From contig OZ244048.1 in the NCBI GenBank assembly GCA_965215265.1, positions 320,001-384,000 on the forward strand: a stretch of DNA of 64,000 nt. Direction: 5' to 3'. This document shows positions 38,888-47,954 of this stretch, one piece after another. The position numbers were made by a program, and so were the translations under genes. The notes below the pieces were generated by a model. It was not told where the DNA came from and ran no database searches. It was given only the letters and a program-made list of their open reading frames with translations. The DNA comes from Candidatus Poribacteria bacterium. GTDB taxonomy: Bacteria; Poribacteria; WGA-4E; WGA-3G. Within the stretch, counting starts at the first letter, position 1. Each line of letters starts with the position of its first letter.

Positions 38888-40075
38888 ATGCCTATCTTTC
38901 TTTTAGGAATAGACACAAGAGATATCCAAACCGGCGACCGGATCGACTGGATGTGGCATTCTGGTGCATATCAGAACCTGATTGTTATCGCCCTTATCCT
39001 TACAGGCGCATGGCTAATTCGCTACGTTTCACAGAGAGAGTATTGGCGTAACGCGGCGAGACAAATTCGCCACAACCGTCTCGCGCTCGTATGCCTCGGT
39101 ATCCTCGTCTGCTACCTGCTCATTGGCGTATTGGATAGCATCGCTTGGCGGGACCCGCTCATAAAGCGCGGATCCTCGAACGGTGTAACAACGTTAACCC
39201 GGAATGAAAGGGGGCAGGTTGTTTATAAACCACACGGCTTGAGTCTCCTCGATAGACTCTGTACACCGCTGCGCGAAAAAACCGAAAAGACCTATTCCGC
39301 GCCGTTAGCCACACAGCTCTACGCGAAGAGCACTATCCAGACCCCAGATGGACAGACAATTCGGGAATACCCACCGCTTAACCACCCGCGCACGCATCTT
39401 TTCGGCACTGACAAAGTCGGAAACGATGTCCTCTATCGTGCACTGAAAGGCATCCGCACCGGACTCATTATAGGCGGATTCACAACCCTCATCATCGTGC
39501 CGTTTGCGATCTTCTTCGGTGTCGTGGCAGGGTACTTTGGCGGCTGGGTAGACGATGCGGTGCAATATCTCTATTCTACACTCGCCTCAATCCCGAGTAT
39601 CTTGCTCATTGTCTCCTTCATGCTGTTATTCGGCCAAGGACTCTTCAACCTCTGCCTGATTATGGGCATTAGCAGTTGGACAGGACTGTGCCGTGTGCTA
39701 CGCGGTGAGACCTTAAAACTTCGGGAACAAGAATATATCCAAGCCGCGGAGGCGTTCGGGGTCAACCGCGTCGCGATTATCCTCAAACATTTAATTCCGA
39801 ACCTTATGCACATCGTCCTGATCTTCGCCATCTTGCGGTTTAGCGGCTTGGTATTGACAGAGGCGTTGCTGAGTTATCTGCAAATCGGAGTGGAACCGAC
39901 AACCGGGAGCTGGGGCAATATGATTAACACCGCACGCTTGGAGTTGGCACGCGACCCGATTGTTTGGTGGAATCTAACGGCGGCATTCGTCTTCATGTTT
40001 GGCTTAGTCCTGCCCGCAAACTTGTTCGGGGATGCCGTTCGCGATGCCTTGGATCCGAGGCTAAGGACAGAGTAA
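38888..40075 (+). CDS. Peptide/nickel ABC transporter permease (DppC/OppC family)
   Basis: HLFGTDKVGND, GYFGGWVD, EYIQAAEAFG (EAA loop), NLFGDAVRDALDPR. Confidence 0.95.
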   Translation: MPIFLLGIDTRDIQTGDRIDWMWHSGAYQNLIVIALILTGAWLIRYVSQREYWRNAARQIRHNRLALVCLGILVCYLLIGVLDSIAWRDPLIKRGSSNGVTTLTRNERGQVVYKPHGLSLLDRLCTPLREKTEKTYSAPLATQLYAKSTIQTPDGQTIREYPPLNHPRTHLFGTDKVGNDVLYRALKGIRTGLIIGGFTTLIIVPFAIFFGVVAGYFGGWVDDAVQYLYSTLASIPSILLIVSFMLLFGQGLFNLCLIMGISSWTGLCRVLRGETLKLREQEYIQAAEAFGVNRVAIILKHLIPNLMHIVLIFAILRFSGLVLTEALLSYLQIGVEPTTGSWGNMINTARLELARDPIVWWNLTAAFVFMFGLVLPANLFGDAVRDALDPRLRTE

Positions 40076-40217
40076 CCCTTTATTAACAACCTTATTAATA
40101 ACGTAAAAACGAACAATGAACCATCTGGCCCATTGTTCGTTTCGTACTGTGTTGTCTATGTCGGAGTGTTTCAGACTGTCTGTCGGGCGAGTACCCGAGC
40201 ACGATATCCTGAAAAAA

Positions 40218-40679
40218 TTAGTCTTTTTCAAATTCCCTGAGGAATCCTATAAATTCCCTCCGATGTTTTTCTTCATCGGCAAGGAGTTTGATGCAAAGAT
40301 CTTGTGTAACGTAGTCAATCCCATCGCTCAGTCGAATAATCTTGTTGTACTGGTCAATCGCAAGGTTTTCTGCCTCAATGACACCTTGGATAGTTGTCAC
40401 AAGATCTGTGGGGTCTTCAGGTGGTTGCAGCGATACTTGTTCTGCCTTAAAGGCTAACGAACCTGGGACACGTCCACCGAGTTCCTTGACGCGATTTGCA
40501 AGTTCCTGAGCATGTGTTAATTCAACTTGGATATCTGTTGCTAGTGACTTTTTAATCTCTTCCGCCCGGATACCATCCAAATCTACAGAAATCGCCAGAT
40601 AGTTAATTGTAGCCTCAACTTCCAGCCAATAGGCGGAGGTAAGTTCAGTGATAATTTCTTCTCTTTTTGCTGAATTCAT
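40218..40679 (-). CDS. Ferritin-like di-iron protein (bacterioferritin/Dps-like)
   Basis: E...ELTH...E...EEKH ferroxidase ligands; RVKELGG. Confidence 0.9.
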   Translation of the reverse strand: MNSAKREEIITELTSAYWLEVEATINYLAISVDLDGIRAEEIKKSLATDIQVELTHAQELANRVKELGGRVPGSLAFKAEQVSLQPPEDPTDLVTTIQGVIEAENLAIDQYNKIIRLSDGIDYVTQDLCIKLLADEEKHRREFIGFLREFEKD

Positions 40680-40690
40680 TATATATCTCC

Positions 40691-40766
40691 TATGATAACA
40701 TTTAAGATTGAATTGTCCACTGTTTTATGATAGCATATTTAAGGTTGAATTGTCCACTGTTTTATG
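40691..40766. repeat. Tandem duplication (30-nt core, period 37) upstream of the ferritin-like gene
   Basis: ATTTAAG(A/G)TTGAATTGTCCACTGTTTTATG at 40700-40729 and 40737-40766, one mismatch. Confidence 0.9.
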
Positions 40767-41086
40767 TTAGTCAATAGTATATCACAAATTATAACCAATT
40801 TCAAAGTTTTTCTTTTTAATTTCATACCGAGAACCATTTAGTTATCTGTTAATAACAGACTCTAAATCACAAGACTCTCCGGTGGGATAGATCTCTAAAT
40901 CGCGACCTCCTTGGCAAATCTGAGAAAATGCGGTTTCTAAATCTGAAAATAAGTCGCCATTTTGGTGGACAAACTTGCAAAGACACCTTGCCTCGGAAGA
41001 CGAGACGGGAACTCTCGCCGGGCACAATGTCTAAATAATTGTAAAATCTACTATAATCAAAACCCTCAAATAGGCGGCTAAATTTT

Positions 41087-42646
41087 ATGGAAAAGCAACC
41101 TACTATAACAAAGAGATTCATAGATTCATTTTGCACCGGCGTTCTCACCAATCTCCGAATCTGTTTTCGCCAGCCAGCACTTCTGCACAGATGCCAGCTT
41201 CTTGTATGTGTCGGTATTTTCGTGCTGATTCCGAATGGGTTTGCGGCCGAAACCCCAGCTGTTCCCGCATTTCCAGGCGCAGAAGGTTATGGCGCAATGA
41301 CGCGCGGAGGGCGCGGCGGAAAAGTGATTCCGGTGACGAATCTAAACGACTCTGGACCGGGCAGCTTGCGCGATGCCTGCGAAGCTGAAGGGCCGCGGAT
41401 CGTCGTGTTCACGGTTTCAGGGACTATCACGCTTGACAGTCGATTGAGGCTTTCCAATCCATATATCACCATCGCCGGACAGACAGCACCGGGAGACGGT
41501 ATCTGTATTAAGAAATACCCGCTCTCAATTAATGCAAGTGAGGTTATTATCAGATATATAAGGGTGAGATTAGGTGACGAAACCGGTAATGATGCAGATG
41601 CCATATCCGGAAGGTATCACAAAAACATTATCATTGACCACGTGTCAGCAAGTTGGAGTGTTGATGAAACAGTCTCTATTTACCATTGCGAAAATGTAAC
41701 CATTCAATGGTGTCTGATAGCAGAAAGTATGTACAATGCAGGGCACGTCAAAGGTACGCATGGGTTTGGCGGAATCTGGGGCTCAAACCGCAGCACCTAC
41801 CACCATAATCTGCTGGCACACCACAGCAGTCGAAATCCACGTTTCGCTTCTGGCTGCGGATATAACGATTTCAGAAATAACGTCGTCTATAACTGGGGTT
41901 ATAATAGTGCCTATGGTGGTGAGAAACAACAACCAGGCAAGGAGAATTTGAACTTTGCGGTTATCAACATGGTTGCCAATTATTATAAGCCGGGGCCCGC
42001 AACCCGTCCGGGCGAGGTGACATCTCGAATTGTTAATCCGTACTCACGTAATTCCCCAGAGGGCTTTGGCAAATGGTACGTTGTCGATAATGTTGTTCAT
42101 GGCAATGCAGCTGTCACAGCCAACAACTGGAACGGGGGCGTGCAGCCGCAAGGCGGTGAAGCACATATTGCGAGATTAAAACTTGACCAACCTTTCGCAG
42201 CTGTACCTATCAACCAACAAACCGCTGAAGAAGCCTATTATTCTGTTCTTGACAGCGTCGGTGCCTCCTTGCCGCAACGCGATACAGCCGATGCACGCAT
42301 TATTGACGAAACCCGCCATGGCTATGCAACTTATGAAGGCGTAACATATAAAAAGAATAAGTCCGTTCCCGATAAATCCAAAAAATGCGGTATTATTGAC
42401 TCACAGAAAGATGTCGGCGGATGGCCCGAACTCAAGAGCCTGCCTGCAATGCTTGACAGCGATCGCGACGGTATGCCCGACGAATGGGAAAAGAGATACG
42501 GATTTGATCTTCATGACCCTTCCAACGCCTCACAGGACAACGACAGCGACGGGTACACCAACATTGAGGAATACCTCAACGGAACCGACCCGACGGAGTT
42601 TGTAGACTATACCAAGCCCGAAAACAACGTAAACACGCTGCAGTAA
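41087..42646 (+). CDS. Pectate lyase (PL1-like) family protein
   Basis: AFPGAEGYG, GGRGG, DSGPGSLR, IAGQTAPG, IDHVSASWSVDE, RNPR; C-terminal DSDRDGMPDEWE Ca-binding repeats. Confidence 0.93.
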   Translation: MEKQPTITKRFIDSFCTGVLTNLRICFRQPALLHRCQLLVCVGIFVLIPNGFAAETPAVPAFPGAEGYGAMTRGGRGGKVIPVTNLNDSGPGSLRDACEAEGPRIVVFTVSGTITLDSRLRLSNPYITIAGQTAPGDGICIKKYPLSINASEVIIRYIRVRLGDETGNDADAISGRYHKNIIIDHVSASWSVDETVSIYHCENVTIQWCLIAESMYNAGHVKGTHGFGGIWGSNRSTYHHNLLAHHSSRNPRFASGCGYNDFRNNVVYNWGYNSAYGGEKQQPGKENLNFAVINMVANYYKPGPATRPGEVTSRIVNPYSRNSPEGFGKWYVVDNVVHGNAAVTANNWNGGVQPQGGEAHIARLKLDQPFAAVPINQQTAEEAYYSVLDSVGASLPQRDTADARIIDETRHGYATYEGVTYKKNKSVPDKSKKCGIIDSQKDVGGWPELKSLPAMLDSDRDGMPDEWEKRYGFDLHDPSNASQDNDSDGYTNIEEYLNGTDPTEFVDYTKPENNVNTLQ

Positions 42647-42967
42647 CATGCTGCTTGGAGTTATTGCCTAAATAACAGACATTACAGTTCTGACAGTCTG
42701 TTTGCGGTATTTATTTCGCTGACATAGCGTCTGTCCGCACAGATAATAGGATACGCACCGCAGACCCACAGCCCCGCACTCGCTCACAATCATTGGGTGC
42801 TTCGGAAAAAAAACGAAATAGCACAAGTCGTTAATTTTACTGAAATTAGAGACGCTTTCGTGTATAATTATCTCAATAGAGACTGACGCAAATTCCATGT
42901 GCATAATTTCTATGAAAAATTCGGTGACATTCAATCAATAGAGTGAGGAAAGTAGAAAGGATTTCAA

Positions 42968-43255
42968 ATGATACTTGGAAAGGTGACAGGGACAGTTGTC
43001 GCTACGCAGAAAGACGAAAAACTGGTAGGCAGCAAACTGATGATTGTCCAAGATGTAAATCTGGATGGAGAAGTGGATCGCAAATACACCGTTGCGGTTG
43101 ACGCTGTGGGCGCAGGCATCGGTGAAATCGTGCTGATTGCCACAGGCAGCTCAGCACGGCAGACGCGCGTAACCAGCAATAAGCCAGTGGATGCAGTTAT
43201 CATGGCGATTGTGGATACTGTAGAAGTCTGCGGTACAGTTCGATATCAGAAATGA
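42968..43255 (+). CDS. EutN/CcmL family microcompartment vertex protein (BMC-P)
   Basis: GKVTGTVVATQK, AVDAVGAGIGE, GSSAR, DAVIMAIVD. Confidence 0.96.
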   Translation: MILGKVTGTVVATQKDEKLVGSKLMIVQDVNLDGEVDRKYTVAVDAVGAGIGEIVLIATGSSARQTRVTSNKPVDAVIMAIVDTVEVCGTVRYQK

Positions 43256-43857
43256 ATCTCTCTAAACGGGACTACTTAAATGGAACTGCAAGAAAACGGG
43301 AAGCACTGCGTGCCGAAATTCAACTGCGCCGCGATGAGCTCTCACCGGTGCACCGGACCGCACTCAGTACACAGATTGTCAGTCATCTTAGCAGTTGGAT
43401 GTATGCCAAAGACTTTAATTCAGTGATGCTCTATCTGAACATGAAAAGCGAAGTGGAAACGATGAGCTTGCTTGAATGCCTGCTGCAAGCGGAAAAACAG
43501 GTCAGCGCACCGGTTGTAGATGCACAAAACCAGCAGCTCATTCCGCGTCGAATCCGGCATCCAGAGACTGAATTAGTACGCCATAATTACATTATGCTGG
43601 AACCGAAGGCAACCTGCCCGACTGTTCCTCTATCGGAGCTTGAACTGATTCTCGTCCCGGGCCTCGTCTTCGATCGGCGGGGCCATCGACTTGGATACGG
43701 GACAGGTTTCTATGATAGATTTTTACCGAAGTGCCCTCGCGCCGTAGCAGTTGGAGCCGCTTACGAACTACAACTGGTTGCGGATATCTTCCCGCAACCG
43801 TGGGATATCCCGCTTCATCATATCTTTACAGAAAATGGTGTAGTTACTCCACTGTGA
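43252..43857 (+). CDS. 5-formyltetrahydrofolate cyclo-ligase
   Basis: SEVET, LEP, VPGLVFDRRGHRLGYGTGFYDR, WD motifs. Confidence 0.95.
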   Translation: MNLSKRDYLNGTARKREALRAEIQLRRDELSPVHRTALSTQIVSHLSSWMYAKDFNSVMLYLNMKSEVETMSLLECLLQAEKQVSAPVVDAQNQQLIPRRIRHPETELVRHNYIMLEPKATCPTVPLSELELILVPGLVFDRRGHRLGYGTGFYDRFLPKCPRAVAVGAAYELQLVADIFPQPWDIPLHHIFTENGVVTPL

Positions 43858-44272
43858 TGAAGGGCTTCAATTGTGCTAATGTTTTCTCGCCAATTCCCTT
43901 TACATTTCCTAAAGCATCAATAGAAGCGAAGCGGCCGTGTTTTTCACGGTACTGTATAATTTTGTGTGCCGTTTGGGGGCCAATTTTCGGCAGCGTTTGG
44001 AGTTGGGTTGCCGTTGCAGTGTTAATATTGAGCAGCGCGAAGTCCAGATTCTTGTTATCTGTGCCGGAATTTCCGTCTACCTGTTCGGATAAGCGCCGCT
44101 CCTCAGGAACAGCGATAAAATCTGGTTTTCCGAGAAACAGTGCCGGAGAGAACCGCCGTAGCCCCCAGAATCCACTGCCAATTAAAATGAGTACCACCAG
44201 AAAAGCTACCGCTTTCCAATAGTGGCGTTCAATATGTGAGTGCTTTGCCGGCCGGAATTCGTTGTTGCTCAC
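43844..44272 (-). CDS. comEA: ComEA family helix-hairpin-helix DNA-binding protein
   Basis: N-terminal TM; ININTA-like LNINTAT, LPKIGP, VKGIGEKT. Confidence 0.88.
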   Translation of the reverse strand: MSNNEFRPAKHSHIERHYWKAVAFLVVLILIGSGFWGLRRFSPALFLGKPDFIAVPEERRLSEQVDGNSGTDNKNLDFALLNINTATATQLQTLPKIGPQTAHKIIQYREKHGRFASIDALGNVKGIGEKTLAQLKPFITVE

Positions 44273-44273
44273 A

Positions 44274-45995
44274 TTAATTTTCCTTAATAACTATCACCTG
44301 ATTTGCAGAGACGTTCTCTACGGTTTGCTCGGTGCCGCTTTGCCAACGTACCACAATGCTATCTACCTGTACCGCTTTGCCGAGCCCGAAATGAAGTCTC
44401 AAATCTCGCTGCGAGAGGTAACCGTCGCCGCTGCGCACCTCACGTATCTGTGTTATATTCCCAGCCGTTACCGTGACGCGTGTACCGATTGCTTCTGCAG
44501 CACCGCTTCGACCGGACAAGTCGATTTGGATCCAATTATTGCGGTTTCCTCCGTCGTTTCGTAACAGCCGAGGAGGTGTATTGGAATTCGTGATGCAAAT
44601 ATCAGTGTCCCCATCTAGATCGTAATCGGCAAAAGTGGCACCGCGGCTTACATCCATTCGTTTCATGCCGGGTCCAAGAATCTCAGAGACTTCAGCAAAA
44701 GTTCCATCGTGCCTGTTTTCAAAAATCAGGTTCCGCTGCCCGTAGGGACCCTCCTGCCCAAGCTCCTCAAGGTTTTCGTGCAGATGGCCATTTGCAACAA
44801 ACACATCAACATAGCCATCGTTATTGTAATCAATAAATGCTGTCGACCAGCCGAGATATGGATACGTGATATGTGCGGTTTTTGTAGAAACCGTCTCATC
44901 CGTGAAGAACCCATCCGTATCGTTATGGTAGACTGTGTTCGTCTGCTCAGCATAGTTCGTGACGGTGAGATCTAACCAGCCGTCGTTGTCCCAATCGCCA
45001 AACGCTGTGCCCATGCCATTTTCAGGTGCCCCGTTCTCGCTGAGAGCGACCCCAATTATGAACCCTACCTCCTCAAATGTGCCGTCGCCCTTATTGCGAT
45101 AAAAGAGATTCTCCGTGGAATCATTTGCAACATAGATATCCGGTGCACCGTCGTTATCATAGTCTCCCCATACAACGCCTAAGCCTTTGCCGGTACGGTT
45201 GTAAATTCCTGACGTTTTCGTCACATCTGTAAAGGTACCGTCTCCATTGTTGCGGAACAACGTATCCGCTTGGGCAGGAAAGTTATCCGGTTCACAGTAA
45301 GCACGTACACCCTTCTCCTTAAGTCCACACCACGGATTTTCATCAAGACTGAAAACGATGTAGTTGACAACATACAGATCGAGATATCCATCTCTATCGT
45401 AATCAGCAAAGGCACAACTGGTACTCCATTTCGGTTCGGCTACTCCTGCCATCGCTGTGACATCCGTAAACGTGCCGTCGCCATTATTACGGTAAAGCCG
45501 GTTCTCACTGTAGTTCGTAACGTACAGGTCGAGATGTCCATCGTTATCGTAGTCGCCTACAGCACAACCGTGCCCGTAACCCGTATCTCCCACACCTGCT
45601 TTTTGGGTTACATCACGAAAAGTGCCATCACCTTGGTTTTGATAGAGAACATTGGTCGGGATTTGTGCAGGCGTGTAACCAGGGAGGGGGGCACCGTTAA
45701 CAAGATACAAATCCGCATCTCCGTCGGAATCGTAATCAAAGAAAGCCGCCCCGGAGCCGAGTGTTTCCATAAAGTATTTTTGTCCGCTGCGACCGTCTAT
45801 GTGCGTCCAATCAATGCCTGCTTTTTGGGTTACATCAACGAATTTAATCCCGGTACCTGAAAAAGCGTCGAATGCTAAGGTTAGGAGAATCAGAAATGCT
45901 ATCCGTATAGAATAAGTTTGCAAGTTAATCGACCAAAACCTCCACGATGCGCAATTCTGTTTAAATAGGATAACATAAGTGAGAGAACGTGTCAA
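44274..45995 (-). CDS. CRTAC1-family protein (FG-GAP repeats + ASPIC/UnbV)
   Basis: Repeated GDYDNDG, LYRNNGDGTFTDVT; C-terminal GYLSQ...LHFGLG...VRW; exact start uncertain. Confidence 0.93.
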   Translation of the reverse strand: MTRSLTYVILFKQNCASWRFWSINLQTYSIRIAFLILLTLAFDAFSGTGIKFVDVTQKAGIDWTHIDGRSGQKYFMETLGSGAAFFDYDSDGDADLYLVNGAPLPGYTPAQIPTNVLYQNQGDGTFRDVTQKAGVGDTGYGHGCAVGDYDNDGHLDLYVTNYSENRLYRNNGDGTFTDVTAMAGVAEPKWSTSCAFADYDRDGYLDLYVVNYIVFSLDENPWCGLKEKGVRAYCEPDNFPAQADTLFRNNGDGTFTDVTKTSGIYNRTGKGLGVVWGDYDNDGAPDIYVANDSTENLFYRNKGDGTFEEVGFIIGVALSENGAPENGMGTAFGDWDNDGWLDLTVTNYAEQTNTVYHNDTDGFFTDETVSTKTAHITYPYLGWSTAFIDYNNDGYVDVFVANGHLHENLEELGQEGPYGQRNLIFENRHDGTFAEVSEILGPGMKRMDVSRGATFADYDLDGDTDICITNSNTPPRLLRNDGGNRNNWIQIDLSGRSGAAEAIGTRVTVTAGNITQIREVRSGDGYLSQRDLRLHFGLGKAVQVDSIVVRWQSGTEQTVENVSANQVIVIKEN

Positions 45996-46062
45996 GGATG
46001 ATATCCATTTTTCGACACACGAGACAATATTTCCTGACTCACCCTAAGGGATTGGGCTCTTT

Positions 46063-47703
46063 TTAGGGATCCTCTTTATATTGTTGAATTTCTACCAAAG
46101 TTTTGTGGAAGTTGCGGTTTTGTGGAGAAATTTTTATCGCAGCACGAATTGCCTTCAACGCATACTGATGCTCTCCTGCTTGGAAATAGGCTAAAGCAAG
46201 CGTTTGAAGATACTGCGGAGCAGGTGCTAAACGGAACGCTTTTTCTGCAAAGGCGATGGCAGTCTCTATCTGGACATTTTTCTGCACGTAAAGTCTCGCC
46301 AGTCCATTGAGTGCATAATGTGCCTCTTCATCCAGCTTTAATGTTGCTTGATAGGCCCGAATTGCCTCGTCAAGCTGGCCGCGGTGATGGTGGATAGCAG
46401 CAATACCGGCCTGTGCTGGAGCTAATGACGGATTAAGTGCGAGCGCATCCGTATAGGCGGTAAATGCCTCATCCAGCCGCCCTTGTTGGTAATAGACAGC
46501 ACCTAAGCCAGCGAGTGGCGCTGCTTGTCCTGGTTCCAGGGTGATTGCCTGGAGATAGGCAGCCTCTGCTGCGTGAAGATTCTCGTTGCGAAAATGCAAT
46601 AAGCCCAATTTGTAATAGGCTGCAGCACGGTAATTCTCACTACCCAGACGCTGATGTTCAAGCAGTGGGCGCTCTACCGTACGTTGATATGCTGCAATGG
46701 CTTCATCAAATTTCGCATACTTTTCGTAGGTTAACCCAAGTTGATAATGTTTTTGCGGGTTGCTCGGTTCAATAACGGTAGCCCGCTCTCGAGTCTCAAT
46801 CTCCTGAGCAATTGCGTTTAAGCGACGGTAAGTTTCCATCGCACGCTGTCCGGCTTTCACCTCTTTCAGCCGGAATAGTGCCTGCGCCAGATTATAGTGT
46901 GCACCGACATGATCAGCTTGTTGTGTGATAACCTGTCGGTATTCTGTCGCTGCGCGTTGAAAATCCCGTTTTTTCATGAGGATTAACCCAAGGCTGTAAC
47001 GAGCAGCGGTGAAATCTGGGTCCAGGCGGACAGCGGCCTCCAAAAACGGAAGTGCCTCGTCAAGTTCGCCCTGCTTTTGATAAATAGCCCCTAAGTTGCC
47101 ATTCGCCATCGGAAGCTCTGGCTGTAGCGCTAACGCTGCTTTGTAATAGTGAATCGCCTTCTCTTTTTCACTAATTGCCTCATAGCAGGAAGCAAGATTC
47201 GTCATCGCTGCCGCAAGATTCGGTGAATGCTTAAGACACTCGTGATATGTCTCAATCGCCTCCACAAATCGGTTCGCTTGCTGATAAGCAGAGGCGAGCC
47301 CGAGCCGTGTCTGTAGCGAATCTGGTTGCAGTTGAATGATATTTTGATAACTGTCAATAGCCTTGTTCACGCGTCCAGTTTTGGCGTAGAGTAACGCAAG
47401 ATTCGCTCTCGCTTGAAAAAGGGTAGGTGCAATCTCCGATGCTCGGTTGAGCGAAATTTCCGCTTCTGCAAAATTTCCAAGTTGGAGATGAACTGTACCT
47501 AATGCAGCATGTGCTTTTGCAAAACGCGCGTCTAATTCAACGGCTTGCTGAAAATTTTGAAGCGCCAATTTGGACTCACCGCGGCGCACTGCTACCATAC
47601 CGCGCGAGTAAAAACCCTCAGCAGTCTCTGCAGAAACGGACACCGCCATATCAATCAGAACGAAACAGAGAAAAATAGCCTGCTGTAACCTTTTTTGCCA
47701 CAT
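46063..47703 (-). CDS. Secreted tetratricopeptide repeat protein
   Basis: Signal peptide, then continuous TPR motifs over about 500 aa. Confidence 0.93.
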   Translation of the reverse strand: MWQKRLQQAIFLCFVLIDMAVSVSAETAEGFYSRGMVAVRRGESKLALQNFQQAVELDARFAKAHAALGTVHLQLGNFAEAEISLNRASEIAPTLFQARANLALLYAKTGRVNKAIDSYQNIIQLQPDSLQTRLGLASAYQQANRFVEAIETYHECLKHSPNLAAAMTNLASCYEAISEKEKAIHYYKAALALQPELPMANGNLGAIYQKQGELDEALPFLEAAVRLDPDFTAARYSLGLILMKKRDFQRAATEYRQVITQQADHVGAHYNLAQALFRLKEVKAGQRAMETYRRLNAIAQEIETRERATVIEPSNPQKHYQLGLTYEKYAKFDEAIAAYQRTVERPLLEHQRLGSENYRAAAYYKLGLLHFRNENLHAAEAAYLQAITLEPGQAAPLAGLGAVYYQQGRLDEAFTAYTDALALNPSLAPAQAGIAAIHHHRGQLDEAIRAYQATLKLDEEAHYALNGLARLYVQKNVQIETAIAFAEKAFRLAPAPQYLQTLALAYFQAGEHQYALKAIRAAIKISPQNRNFHKTLVEIQQYKEDP

Positions 47704-47954
47704 TATGTTGATCCCGAGTATATTGAGTCGCGTGGGATACGATGAAGATGAAAATGATGATGAAATTTTAGCTTAGTCTCTAATCGTGTCGTTATTATAC
47801 ATGTGATTCGTTACATTTGTCAATATTTTCCCTGACATTAAAGCGAAAACCCAACACTTTTCTAGTAAGCATCAAAATTAATTGCTTTCTCGTTCAATTT
47901 CGTGTAAAATTGGAATTTTGGAGGCCATGTAGAAAAAATCAGAATGGAGAAACG

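Noticed and set aside
40691-40766. 30-nt direct repeat as a mini CRISPR array
   Set aside because: Only two copies 7 nt apart, no spacer-length unique sequence and no cas genes
42650-42960. 6S RNA, often found upstream of 5-formyl-THF cyclo-ligase
   Set aside because: No long rod-like self-complementarity seen, and eutN lies directly upstream of the ligase
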